Shown here one piece after another: positions 26,432-35,618 of a DNA stretch of 64,000 nt (position 1 is the first letter of the stretch; each line of letters begins with the position of its first letter). The translations under genes were made by a program, and so were the position numbers. The stretch is from Minisyncoccia bacterium. Lineage in GTDB: Bacteria; Patescibacteriota; Minisyncoccia; Phycocordibacterales; Zambryskibacteraceae. The stretch is taken from contig JBASCT010000022.1 of assembly GCA_049651785.1 (NCBI GenBank), forward strand, positions 44 to 64,043. The letters run 5' to 3'. Below the pieces are notes generated by a model, which had not been told where the DNA came from, searched no databases, and saw only the letters and a program-made list of their open reading frames with translations.

Positions 26432-27535
26432 ATGAAAATAGAATGTATTAAAGAACAACTCGAGGAGGCCCTAAACAAAGCTAACAAAGTTTCCGCGAGA
26501 AGCAACGCCCTACCGGTTCTTTCCGGATTATACCTTAGTGCCAGACAAAACGCTCTTGCTATAAAAGCCACCAACTTGGACCTTGGAATCTCAATTAGCA
26601 TCCCCGTCAGAATAACCGAACCGGGAATTGCCGTGGTGCCGGCACAAATAATAACTTCTTTTATCTCCTCGTTATCAAGCGACAAAAGCATAAACATAAG
26701 CACCAAAGGACAAACCCTGGAGATAAAAACAAAAAACACAAAAACGGTTATCAAAACAATCCCGAACGAAGATTTTCCGGTTATTCCGGAAATAGAAGAC
26801 GAAAAAGCTTTTTCAATACAGGCGCGAGACCTTGTTTTTGGCATAAGGTCTGTTGTCTATGCTGCGGCCGTGGGCGGAGCAAGGCCGGAACTCTCGGCGG
26901 TCTCTCTTACTCACGAGGGAGACGCGCTTGTCTTTGCCGCAACGGACTCTTTTAGGCTTGCCGAGAAGAGAATTAGAGTGAAAAAGGCCCCAAGATTTAA
27001 ACAAATTCTTATTCCACAAAAAAATGCCGTCGAGATATCAAGAATTTTTGATAAAGGAGAAGAAGATGTTTCTATTTCTGTCGAAGAACACCAAATAGCC
27101 ATGAGGGCAGGCGGTGTTTATCTCACTTCTCGCATTGTTGACGGATCCTTTCCTGACTACAAACAAATTATTCCCAAGGAGATGAAGTCAAAAGCGATTG
27201 TTTTAAAGCAAGACCTCATAAACGCCCTTAAAACAAGCCTTATTTTCTCGGACAACTTTAACCAGCTCACTTTTAAGCTCATGCCGAAAGCAAAAAGCTT
27301 TGAGCTTGAGTCAAAAAACAACGCCGTCGGCGAAAACACCGACGCCGTTGACGCCGCGCTCGAGGGCGAAGATATTTCTGTAAATATAAACCACAGATAT
27401 TTTACCGACTGTTTTCAGTCCATAATCACCGACAGTGTTTCTCTCGAGTTTGGCGGAGAGGCGCGCCCCATTCTGGTGCGCGGTGTTGGGGACACGAGCT
27501 TCCTCTACCTTGTGATGCCAATGAATCAGTCTTAG
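26432..27535 (+). CDS. dnaN: DNA polymerase III beta sliding clamp
   Basis: 367 aa; three-domain clamp profile with N-terminal MKIECIKEQLEEALNKANKVSA....LPVLSG. Confidence 0.9.
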   Translation: MKIECIKEQLEEALNKANKVSARSNALPVLSGLYLSARQNALAIKATNLDLGISISIPVRITEPGIAVVPAQIITSFISSLSSDKSINISTKGQTLEIKTKNTKTVIKTIPNEDFPVIPEIEDEKAFSIQARDLVFGIRSVVYAAAVGGARPELSAVSLTHEGDALVFAATDSFRLAEKRIRVKKAPRFKQILIPQKNAVEISRIFDKGEEDVSISVEEHQIAMRAGGVYLTSRIVDGSFPDYKQIIPKEMKSKAIVLKQDLINALKTSLIFSDNFNQLTFKLMPKAKSFELESKNNAVGENTDAVDAALEGEDISVNINHRYFTDCFQSIITDSVSLEFGGEARPILVRGVGDTSFLYLVMPMNQS

Positions 27536-29604
27536 GGCCTTCTTGAGCTAAGCCAGAGCCTTGTCGCATACTCCCAATTATTGAACTGAGAATCGTTTGA
27601 CGGATTTTGGGGAACCGGACCCCTCGGATCTTCTTTATCAATCCAATATAGAAGAGAATGAATTTCTTGCCCCGGCTCACCCGCCTCTCCTCTTAGGACT
27701 GGTTTAAGAGAGTCGTCGTCTTCCGGTTCAGGACTAAGAAACGGCTCGACGGGGAGAGACGGAAGAATCTTGTCCATAAATTCCCGCCACATTGGAGAAA
27801 CAATGAATCCTGCCACCTTTTTCTCCATCTCTGAATTGTCGTTATTGCCGGCCCAGACACCAACGGCGATATTTGGTGTGTAGCCGATAATCCAAGCGTC
27901 TCGGTAATCGTTCGAGGTGCCGGTTTTCACCGCCACGTCTCTTGAGGCAATGTAAAGGGGAGAATTAAGGCCATAAGACGGCGCCCTTGCCTCGTTGTCC
28001 GAGAGAATGCTTGAGATAATCCTCGCCGTCTGTTCGGGGAGGGCTCTCGTTGGGTAGGCCGCGCGTCTGTCTATAATATTGCCGTCCTTATCCTCAATCC
28101 AGAGAAGGGGATTGTATTTATTTCTTATTCCGTCGTTTGCGAAAACAGAGTAGGCCGAAGTTATATCGAGAAGAGAAACGGCACCGCCGCCAAGAACAAG
28201 AGAGAGACCATAAGCATCGAGGTCTGTCAGGCTTTCGATGCCAAGGGTTTTTGCAAGGTCAACGGAGTTTTTGACCCCCGCCAGATAGAGCGCCTGAACG
28301 GCCGGAATGTTTATCGACTGCGCTAGAGCACTCCTCATTGTTATAGGGCCCCGGAAATTGTCGTCATAATTTACCGGCGAATAGCAGACGTCGTCGGTCT
28401 CAAATTTATCCGGCGGGCAGGCGGGAGAGAACTGCGTCGGAGCGTCAAAGAAAACTGTTTTATCGGTATAGCCGCGATTGAGAAGCACCGAATAAACAAA
28501 GGGCTTGAAAGTCGAGCCGGGCTGTCTGTATCCGGTCGCGGCGTTGAAGTTGCCGTCAATTTCCTGATCAAAATAATCCTTCGAGCCGACCATTGCAAGG
28601 ATATCGCCATTTTTTGGATCAAGGGCAACCATGGCGTTGTTTTCCGCCCGGAAGCGTTCTTTATTTATGACGCCGTATTTTTTGGCCACAGCTTCCGCCT
28701 CTTTTTGAATCTCATAATTTAAGGTCGTCACAACCTTAAAGCCGCTGCCCGAAAGAGTTTCTTCTCCATAGGCCCGAGCAAGCTCTTCGAGGACGAAGAA
28801 GACGAAGTGGGGCGCTTTAATACTTCCCGTGTCTTGCCTTGGCCTGAATTCAGCCGCCTCATTTATCGCCGAATCAAATTCTTCCTGTGACACGAAGCCG
28901 TTCTCGAGCATCTCCGTCAGAACAAGATTTTTTCTTGTCTCAAGCTCGGCCTTGTGTGAGCCGTAGGGAGAGTAGTAGGTGGGCGCTTTTGGCAGGGCGG
29001 CGAGATAAGCGGACTCGGCCAGCGTCAGGTCTTTGGCCGGCTTGCCGAAGAAGTTTTGAGAAGCCTCCTCTATGCCGTAGATTGTGCCGCCGTAAGGTAT
29101 TTCGTTTAAATACAGAGAAAGAATTTGGTCCTTGGTAAGAACCTTTTCAAGCTTAAGAGCAAGAATCAACTCCTTTAATTTTCTGGCCGGGGTCTTGTCT
29201 TTGGTGAGAATGGAATTTTTTACCACCTGTTGGGTAATGGTTGAGCCGCCCTGGCTAAAAGAAAGGCTGGTTATATTTATAAGCACCGCCCTAAGAAAGG
29301 AGCGTAGCTGAAAGCCGTTGTGGGAGTAGAAGTTTCTGTCTTCTATGGCCAGGGCCGCCAGTCTCGCGTAAGGAGAAATCTCGTCGAGGAGCACGGTCGC
29401 ACGCTTCGTGTCCCTCGAGGTGTCGTAGAGAAGAATTTCTCCCGTGCGGTCATATATTTTTATCGAGCGATCCACCTTGCGCTCAGAAATGTCTTCCAGG
29501 GCGGGGATGCGGAACGACGAGACCCAAAGAACAAGGGCGCCGGCAACAAAAAGAACTAGGGTGACCGAGATTAAAAAACGGTTGGAATGACGCAATTTCT
29601 TCAT
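27532..29604 (-). CDS. Class A penicillin-binding protein (glycosyltransferase + transpeptidase), PBP1A type
   Basis: 690 aa; GT51 motifs EDRNFYSHNGF, GGSTITQQ; transpeptidase SxxK (STFKP), SxN and KTG (KTGTS). Confidence 0.85.
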   Translation of the reverse strand: MKKLRHSNRFLISVTLVLFVAGALVLWVSSFRIPALEDISERKVDRSIKIYDRTGEILLYDTSRDTKRATVLLDEISPYARLAALAIEDRNFYSHNGFQLRSFLRAVLINITSLSFSQGGSTITQQVVKNSILTKDKTPARKLKELILALKLEKVLTKDQILSLYLNEIPYGGTIYGIEEASQNFFGKPAKDLTLAESAYLAALPKAPTYYSPYGSHKAELETRKNLVLTEMLENGFVSQEEFDSAINEAAEFRPRQDTGSIKAPHFVFFVLEELARAYGEETLSGSGFKVVTTLNYEIQKEAEAVAKKYGVINKERFRAENNAMVALDPKNGDILAMVGSKDYFDQEIDGNFNAATGYRQPGSTFKPFVYSVLLNRGYTDKTVFFDAPTQFSPACPPDKFETDDVCYSPVNYDDNFRGPITMRSALAQSINIPAVQALYLAGVKNSVDLAKTLGIESLTDLDAYGLSLVLGGGAVSLLDITSAYSVFANDGIRNKYNPLLWIEDKDGNIIDRRAAYPTRALPEQTARIISSILSDNEARAPSYGLNSPLYIASRDVAVKTGTSNDYRDAWIIGYTPNIAVGVWAGNNDNSEMEKKVAGFIVSPMWREFMDKILPSLPVEPFLSPEPEDDDSLKPVLRGEAGEPGQEIHSLLYWIDKEDPRGPVPQNPSNDSQFNNWEYATRLWLSSRRP

Positions 29605-29655
29605 TTTTTGGACCGCTAAAGGCCCATTTTAACACATTTCACTTTTAGGCCGAAC

Positions 29656-31077
29656 GTGTTAAATTGGCTCTATATGACTAAAGAGGTCGAGGAAGTACTC
29701 GCGCGCGGCGTCAGCGGACTCGTCGACCCCGGCGGCGTCTTTACGGAAAAACTTCTTAAAAAAGCGAAAGGAGAATACCAAAAAGACATTATTATAAAAC
29801 TCGGAGTGGACCCGAGCCGTCCCGATATCCACCTTGGGCACGCCGTTATTCTTAGGAAATTGCGCCAGCTTCAGGACCTGGGCTGCAAAACAGTGTTTCT
29901 TGTCGGTGATTTTACCGCGCGCATCGGCGACCCGTCGGGCAAGAGCAAAACGAGGCCCGAGCTCGAGCAGGCGGAGGTCGACCATAACGCCAAAACCTAT
30001 ATAGACCAGGTCGGCAAAATTTTAAGAACCGAACCGAAATATTTTTCTTGGATAAGAAATTCAGACTGGTTTACCAACATCACCGATCTTAATCTGCCGA
30101 ATGATTACGAAGTCAGTATGGACGTCACGGTAGAAAAAAAGACGGCCAAAATAAGAATCACCCCAAATTCTTTCGTCGGCAAAGCAATCGTTTTCGAAAA
30201 AACGAGAATGCAGGTGCGCGACCTCGGGCTCAAAGATCGTATCTCGGTTATCACCCTTCTAAACCTTCTCTGGGCTCTCAAGCACACGACGCACTCGCGT
30301 CTTATCGAGCGCGACATGTTCCAGGAAAGGCTCTCGGCCGGCCAGGAACTTTTCATGCACGAGATGCTCTATCCCGTTTTCCAAGGTATTGATTCTTTCG
30401 TTATCTCCCAAATTTACGGCTCCTGTGACCTTGAAATTGGCGGCACCGACCAGACCTTCAACATGCTCGTGGGGCGCGACGTTATGAAGGCCAACAAATC
30501 AGAACAACAGGCGGTAATGTCGTTGGAAATCTTGCCCGGTCTCGACGGCAAGGAAAAAATGTCAAAGAGCCTCGATAACTACATCGCCATCACCGACAAG
30601 CCCAGCGAGATGTTCGGCAAGGTTATGTCTCTTCCCGACTTTGCTATTGCGATTTATTTCAAACTCGCCACCTATGCGCCTCTCTCGGAAATAAAAGAGA
30701 TAGAGAAAAAACTCTCCGATTCCAAACATAATCCAAAAGATGTGAAAATGCGCTTGGCGCACGAAATAGTCTCGATCTATCACGGCGAAGCCGCCGCCAA
30801 AGAGGCCGAAAAAGAATTCACCAACACCTTTTCCAAAAGACAAAGTCCCCAAACCCCGGAGACGGTAAAAATTTCTCGCGGCACAAAACTTTCCGAAACT
30901 CTTCTGGCTCAAGGCATCGTTGAATCGAAGACCGAATGGCGTCGCCTTATCAAAGAGGGGGCAATCACCAATGTCGAGACAGGAAAAAAAATTTCCTCGG
31001 TCGACGAGACGCTCGGCGATAAACCAGTGACCCTAAGAGTAGGGAAACATCGGTTTATTAAAATTGAGCCTCTTTAA
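29656..31077 (+). CDS. tyrS: Tyrosine--tRNA ligase
   Basis: 473 aa; HIGH-like DIHLGHAV and KMSKS (KMSKSLDNYI) motifs. The C-terminal S4-like domain is replaced or extended. Confidence 0.85.
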   Translation: MLNWLYMTKEVEEVLARGVSGLVDPGGVFTEKLLKKAKGEYQKDIIIKLGVDPSRPDIHLGHAVILRKLRQLQDLGCKTVFLVGDFTARIGDPSGKSKTRPELEQAEVDHNAKTYIDQVGKILRTEPKYFSWIRNSDWFTNITDLNLPNDYEVSMDVTVEKKTAKIRITPNSFVGKAIVFEKTRMQVRDLGLKDRISVITLLNLLWALKHTTHSRLIERDMFQERLSAGQELFMHEMLYPVFQGIDSFVISQIYGSCDLEIGGTDQTFNMLVGRDVMKANKSEQQAVMSLEILPGLDGKEKMSKSLDNYIAITDKPSEMFGKVMSLPDFAIAIYFKLATYAPLSEIKEIEKKLSDSKHNPKDVKMRLAHEIVSIYHGEAAAKEAEKEFTNTFSKRQSPQTPETVKISRGTKLSETLLAQGIVESKTEWRRLIKEGAITNVETGKKISSVDETLGDKPVTLRVGKHRFIKIEPL

Positions 31078-31082
31078 GAAAA

Positions 31083-31111
31083 ATCCGCCCCGACGCAACT
31101 TCGGGGCGGAT
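31083..31111. terminator. Terminator hairpin ATCCGCCCCGA-CGCAAC-TTCGGGGCGGAT between convergent tyrS and the ruvC operon
   Basis: 10-bp GC-rich stem; a T-run follows on the minus strand. Confidence 0.7.
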
Positions 31112-31117
31112 AATCTT

Positions 31118-31285
31118 AGAGCGGATTGACGTCGTCGAACGGCTCCTCCTCTTCTTCCTCGTCTTCGGCGAGCTCCTCTAGACTTTCATGCTCTTCATCG
31201 AGGATATCGGCGTTCTTTTCGTCTTCCGGAAGCTTAGAATCAAGATCCCCTTCTTCTTCCAATCCTTCGTCAATTTCGTCCATTT
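31118..31285 (-). CDS. Candidate 55-aa highly acidic mini-protein downstream of ruvC
   Basis: Manual translation MDEIDEGLEEEGDLDSKLPEDEKNADILDEEHESLEELAEDEEEEEPFDDVNPL, same strand as ruvC and ending at the terminator. The opposite-strand 31126..31308 ORF is Ser-only low complexity. Confidence 0.3.
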
Positions 31286-31356
31286 TTAAAATTAAAACTA
31301 ATTTTTAATAAAAATGCTCGAAAAACTTCCGGCATTTTTGAATGCTAATATTTGTA

Positions 31357-31881
31357 TCAAATACCCCTTTCAGTTGCAAGATGAGTAATCCCCAGGGCAA
31401 TCGCATCGGTCTCATCATCCAGTATTTTCAATTGACCCTTCATGCCCAAAAGCTTTTTGACCATCAAGGCAACCTCTTTCTTACCCGCCTTGCCGTAGCC
31501 GGTAACGGCCACCTTTACCGTCTGCGGGCCGTACTCATATATTTCAAGCCCGGCCTTGTCCGCCTCGTAGAGAATAACGCCGCGCGCTTCAGCTACGCCT
31601 ATGGCGCTCGTCGCGTTGGTGTTGAAAAAAAGCGTTTCGATGGCGAGCGCCTCGGGGCGCCACTCCCGTATTGTTTTTTTAAGCCTCTTGCCTATTGAAG
31701 AAAGTCTTTCGGCCCCGGTTTTTTTCTTATTTGTTTTAAAACATTCCGAAAAGATAAGTTTGGGATTGCCGCGCTCCTTCGTAAGCAGGGCAATACCGAC
31801 CCTGTCGAAACCGGGGTCAACAGCGAGAATTTTCTTAGGCCGCGTTGGTGTAGACGTCTTGGACTTCATCATTTTCTTCAA
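31357..31881 (-). CDS. ruvC: Holliday junction resolvase RuvC
   Basis: ILAVDPGFDRVGIAL ... EALAIETLFF ... ETDAIALGITH. The true start is probably an internal Met, since the annotated start overlaps yebC by 47 nt. Confidence 0.9.
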   Translation of the reverse strand: MKKMMKSKTSTPTRPKKILAVDPGFDRVGIALLTKERGNPKLIFSECFKTNKKKTGAERLSSIGKRLKKTIREWRPEALAIETLFFNTNATSAIGVAEARGVILYEADKAGLEIYEYGPQTVKVAVTGYGKAGKKEVALMVKKLLGMKGQLKILDDETDAIALGITHLATERGI

Positions 31882-32365
31882 GGGCCTCTATAAGTTTTTC
31901 AAGATTTTTCTCGTCTTCTTCGGAGAGGGCGACGGTCGTTGTCGGTCGCCATTCGCGCCCGTCTTTGACGAAGGCCCAAGTGACGGAGCCCGGTGTTGCG
32001 AGACCAAGGGCGTGTTGCGACAAAATAAATTTTACTTCTTGCGCCGCCTTATTTCTGTTTGCCGTAAGGGCCTCGATTATCAGGGCCGCCCCTCCCGGGC
32101 CGTAGGTTTCGTAAGTCACCGTCTCGAGGTTCTCGTTATCTCCGCCGGCACCCTTCTTGATTGCGCGCTCAATGTTTGAGGCCGGCATATTATATTCGCG
32201 CGCCTTCTCCACCACTGCCCGCAGGGCGGGGGAACTAGTGTCGCCTCCCGCCTCCCTTGAGGCGACGGAGATTAGGCGAGCCATTTTTGAGAAGATTTTA
32301 GACTTAGCCGCATCCGTAACCGCCTTTTTATTTTTTATTTTTGACCATTTGTTGTGGCCACTCAT
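31835..32365 (-). CDS. yebC: YebC/PmpR-family transcriptional regulator (compact form)
   Basis: MSGHNKWSKIKNKKAVTDAAKSKIFSKMARLI...VTYETYGPGGAALIIEALTANRN; 176 aa, shorter than typical YebC. Confidence 0.85.
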   Translation of the reverse strand: MSGHNKWSKIKNKKAVTDAAKSKIFSKMARLISVASREAGGDTSSPALRAVVEKAREYNMPASNIERAIKKGAGGDNENLETVTYETYGPGGAALIIEALTANRNKAAQEVKFILSQHALGLATPGSVTWAFVKDGREWRPTTTVALSEEDEKNLEKLIEALEENDEVQDVYTNAA

Positions 32366-32448
32366 CCCGTTAGAGATTAATCATGTTGTTCTAATAAGAG
32401 GCATTATATAACTTCGGAAGCGCTAGCGCTTCCTATCTCTAACGGGAC

Positions 32449-33498
32449 TCATAGGAGTTTCTTCTGGCGCCTGGTCGGAACGGTTTTGCCTGCCTGCGCA
32501 GGCAGGCCAAGGTGTTTATAAGCATGCTCCGTCAGCACTCGTCCCCTGGGACTGCGCTCTAAGAGGCCAAGCTGCAAGAGATAGGGCTCATTAAACTCCT
32601 CAACGGTCGCTTCTTCTTCCGAAAGGGCGGCGGCAAGAGTTGAGAGCCCCACCGGTCCGCCGCCAAACTTCTCCGCCACCGTTTCAAGAAGCTTTCTGTC
32701 CGAGGGCGAGAGACCCTTCTCGTCTATACCGAGAAGTTTGAGGGCAAGCTCAACGGTTTCCTTGTCCAAAGAGCGATTCTCGACCTGCGCGAAGTCGCGG
32801 GCCCGTTTGAGGAAGTAGTTTGCCGTGCGCGGCGTGAAGCGCGAGCGTTTGGCGATTTCTTTTTCGGCATTTTTTGCCATTTCGACACCGATTATTTTTG
32901 CCGAACGGCGCAAAATCTCGGCAATCTCTTCTTCGGTGTAAAAATCAAGACGAAAAACTCCGCCGGAAAATCGGCTTCTTAATGGCGAAGAGATCATTGC
33001 CACTCTTGTTGTTGCCGCCAGGAGCGTAAAGGGCGGCAACTCTAGCTGGATGGTGCGCGCCGAAGGTCCTTTGCCGATAATAATATCGAGCACTCCCGAC
33101 TCCATGGCGGGATAGAGGACCTCTTCAACCGTTTTGTTTAATCGGTGAATTTCGTCTATGAAAAGGATGTCGCCCCCAGAGAGGTTGGTGAGGATAGAGG
33201 CCAAGTCTCCGACGCGCTCTATGGCCGGGCCGGAGGTAATCTTTATCGCTCGGCCCGTTTCTTTCGCCACCAAGTGGGCCAAGGTCGTTTTACCGAGCCC
33301 CGGCGGCCCGTAGAAGAGGACGTGCTCGGGCGGAGTGCCACGCTCCATGGCCGCCCGGAGAAGAATCTTGAGATTGTCTTTGACCGCCTTCTGGCCGATG
33401 TATTCGTCCCAGCGGGACGGCCTCAACTCATTATCGAGAAAAGAAGCATAGGCACCCTCTTCTTTGTCCTTAGGCTCCTTACTTCCTTTACTTGACAT
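32449..33498 (-). CDS. ruvB: Holliday junction branch-migration ATPase RuvB
   Basis: 349 aa; Walker A GPPGLGKTTLA, Walker B ILFIDEIHRL, sensor TTRVAMISSPLRSRF. Confidence 0.95.
   Translation of the reverse strand: MSSKGSKEPKDKEEGAYASFLDNELRPSRWDEYIGQKAVKDNLKILLRAAMERGTPPEHVLFYGPPGLGKTTLAHLVAKETGRAIKITSGPAIERVGDLASILTNLSGGDILFIDEIHRLNKTVEEVLYPAMESGVLDIIIGKGPSARTIQLELPPFTLLAATTRVAMISSPLRSRFSGGVFRLDFYTEEEIAEILRRSAKIIGVEMAKNAEKEIAKRSRFTPRTANYFLKRARDFAQVENRSLDKETVELALKLLGIDEKGLSPSDRKLLETVAEKFGGGPVGLSTLAAALSEEEATVEEFNEPYLLQLGLLERSPRGRVLTEHAYKHLGLPAQAGKTVPTRRQKKLL
32488..32507. repeat. Perfect 20-nt GC palindrome GCCTGCCTGCGCAGGCAGGC inside the 3' end of the ruvB coding sequence
   Basis: Direct reading; encodes ...PAQAGKT... 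of RuvB. Confidence 0.7.
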
Positions 33499-33550
33499 AA
33501 AAATTTTTATGTGATAGACTATTTTCCAGCAAATCCGTTCTTATCCAGAG

Positions 33551-33695
33551 CATAAATCTCTAAGCAACGTGCCTCTCGGGGCATTTGGACTTTTCTCTAA
33601 GGACACTCTTGGTATCCCTTGGGATTTCTGAAGCCATCCTCAAAAGAATCGTTTAGCTTTTGGTGTATTCTGAAAGTGTTGCTTAGAGATTTATG
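33551..33695. repeat. 18-bp perfect inverted repeat pair (CATAAATCTCTAAGCAAC / GTTGCTTAGAGATTTATG) enclosing about 109 nt: structured RNA or MITE-like element
   Basis: Direct reading; lies in the 305-bp spacer between pilB and ruvB and contains the inner hairpin ATCCCTTGGGAT. Confidence 0.5.
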
Positions 33696-33703
33696 TGCTG
33701 GAC

Positions 33704-33720
33704 TCGCCTGCGCAGTCAGG
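33704..33720. repeat. Degenerate copy of GC palindrome (CGCCTGCGCAGTCAGG)
   Basis: Direct reading. Confidence 0.4.
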
Positions 33721-33803
33721 ACTCCAGACCCAATTATTCATTCTCCAAGAAACTAATCAATATTGACTAATACAATTTTAATACTTTTAGAGTTTCGCCA
33801 CAA

Positions 33804-35486
33804 TTAATCTATTGACGAAAGGTCCACCACGCGGTCGAGTTCTTCGAGCGTCGTAACACCCTTTAGCACTTTAATTACTCCATCCTCCACGAGACCCAGA
33901 AGCTTTTGTCCCTTAGCTGCCTCACGAATATCGCGTTCGGAAGGATTTTGTATAACCGCTTTTTCTATCTCATTGTCTATCAAAACAGCTTCAAAGACGC
34001 CAATTCGGCCAAGAAAGCCGATATTATTGCACTTGCCACAGCCCAGCGCCTCCCAAACGTGGGCTCTCTGAACCCCCTCTAAATAGGCGGGGTCGGGAAC
34101 ATTGGCAAGAATTTTGTCTATAATTTCCTTCTTTTTACCCTCAAGAGGCACCTCCTTTTTGCAATTCTCGCAGAGCTTACGCACGAGTCTCTGGGCGAGC
34201 GAGATGTTGAGGGCGGAGCTTATAACTTTGGAATTGACTCCGAGATCGAGCAATCTCGGGAAGGCGCCCGCGGCGTTGTTCGTGTGGAGGGTCGAGAACA
34301 CGAGGTGACCGGTGAGCGCGGCGTTGATTGCCGTTGTCGCCGTTTCCTCGTCTCTGATTTCTCCCACCATGATGATGTCGGGGTCCTGGCGCAGGGCGCT
34401 TCTGAGCCCCTCGGCGAAGCTGTAGCCCTTGTCCTCTTCGGCTTGTGTCTGGACGATGCCCTTGAGGTGGTACTCAATCGGATTTTCAATCGTGACTATT
34501 TTTATGTCCGGAGTGTAGATGTGTCTCAAAAAAGCGTAAAGAGTCGTCGTTTTACCCGAACCGGTGGGCCCCGTGGTGAGAATCATGCCGTTGGGTCTTC
34601 TAATCTGTTGCTTAATTATTTCCAAGAGACGCGGGTCAAGACCCAGAGTCTCGAGTTCCACCGCAATCGCGTTCGGGTTGAGGACTCGGAGCACTACAGA
34701 CTCGCCGTAGGGTCCGGGGAGAAGCGAGGTGCGCACCTCGATATCCTCTTCGCCGACCTTAATGGAGAATCTGCCGTCCTGAGCTTTTTCCTTGACGTTG
34801 AGTTTTAATTCGCTCACAAGTTTGATGCGCGAGAGCAAGAGTTCAAAAGTCTCCGAATCGAAGTGGAGAATGTCGGTTAAGACGCCGTCGAGTCTGTAAC
34901 GCAGACGCACCTCTTTTTCTTCCGGCTCGAGGTGGATGTCGGAGGCCTTGAGACTGATGGCACCGGCGAGAATGATTTCAAGAATTTTTGAGATCCGGTA
35001 GGCGCGCTTCAGAGACAGGACATTCTTAATCATCTTAGTGATGTCCTCAAGAGAGTTAACGCTTTTGATTATCTCGAGAATCTCTTCGTTCGAAATGTCG
35101 AGAGAGCCGGACTTGGTCTCGAAGGAGTACGACATATCTTTATAGCGCTCCCAGACCTTCTCAAGACTCTGGTGCGAGGCCATGAAGATTTCCGGTATGT
35201 AGCCCTTGGACTCGAGGAGCGCTATTGCCTCTCGCGTCTTTTCGTTCTCGGGGGAGATGACCGCAACGGCGATGCGCTTATCGGTGGCGTTGAAGACCGC
35301 CAAATCCGCCGCCCTAGCGTCGGCCTCCTTAATCACCCGCAGAGCGTCGATGTTTATAGGGTGGGAGGAAAGGTCGACATAGGTGACGCCGTGACGCCCC
35401 GACAGGGCAGAGGCGAGCTCTTCCTCTTCTCGTTCGAGAAGGGCCTTGAGCTTCTCCTTCTGCTTTTCTTCGTCGAATTTAACCAT
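33804..35486 (-). CDS. pilB: Type IV pilus / type II secretion assembly ATPase (GspE/PilB family)
   Basis: 560 aa; Walker A TGPTGSGKTTT, Asp box, Walker B IIMVGEIRD, His box TLHTN, tetracysteine CENCKK...CGKC. Confidence 0.85.
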   Translation of the reverse strand: MVKFDEEKQKEKLKALLEREEEELASALSGRHGVTYVDLSSHPINIDALRVIKEADARAADLAVFNATDKRIAVAVISPENEKTREAIALLESKGYIPEIFMASHQSLEKVWERYKDMSYSFETKSGSLDISNEEILEIIKSVNSLEDITKMIKNVLSLKRAYRISKILEIILAGAISLKASDIHLEPEEKEVRLRYRLDGVLTDILHFDSETFELLLSRIKLVSELKLNVKEKAQDGRFSIKVGEEDIEVRTSLLPGPYGESVVLRVLNPNAIAVELETLGLDPRLLEIIKQQIRRPNGMILTTGPTGSGKTTTLYAFLRHIYTPDIKIVTIENPIEYHLKGIVQTQAEEDKGYSFAEGLRSALRQDPDIIMVGEIRDEETATTAINAALTGHLVFSTLHTNNAAGAFPRLLDLGVNSKVISSALNISLAQRLVRKLCENCKKEVPLEGKKKEIIDKILANVPDPAYLEGVQRAHVWEALGCGKCNNIGFLGRIGVFEAVLIDNEIEKAVIQNPSERDIREAAKGQKLLGLVEDGVIKVLKGVTTLEELDRVVDLSSID

Positions 35487-35554
35487 CCCCCTATTATAAG
35501 CCCTAAAGCCGAGAGCTCCTAGTTTAAGCCCAATTCTAGCCCCATTTTAGCCCT

Positions 35555-35583
35555 TGACTTTTACCTACCTCTTATGGTATAAT
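35555..35583 (+). promoter_or_regulatory. Near-consensus sigma70-type promoter (TTGACT-17 bp-TATAAT with TG extension) plus AAGGAGG RBS for the lipoprotein gene
   Basis: Direct reading of 35555-35560 TTGACT and 35578-35583 TATAAT. Confidence 0.6.
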
Positions 35584-35618
35584 GGCAACAGGTTAAACGA
35601 AGGCCCAAAGGAGGGTCT

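Noticed and set aside
31126-31308. 60-aa plus-strand ORF made almost entirely of Ser codons
   Set aside because: Low-complexity translation of the strand opposite a GA-rich stretch. The antisense acidic ORF and the position downstream of ruvC are more plausible, and it is itself only a weak candidate.
33541-33549. TTATCCAGA near the ruvB upstream element as a DnaA box
   Set aside because: One mismatch to consensus and isolated. It is reported only as part of the structured spacer.
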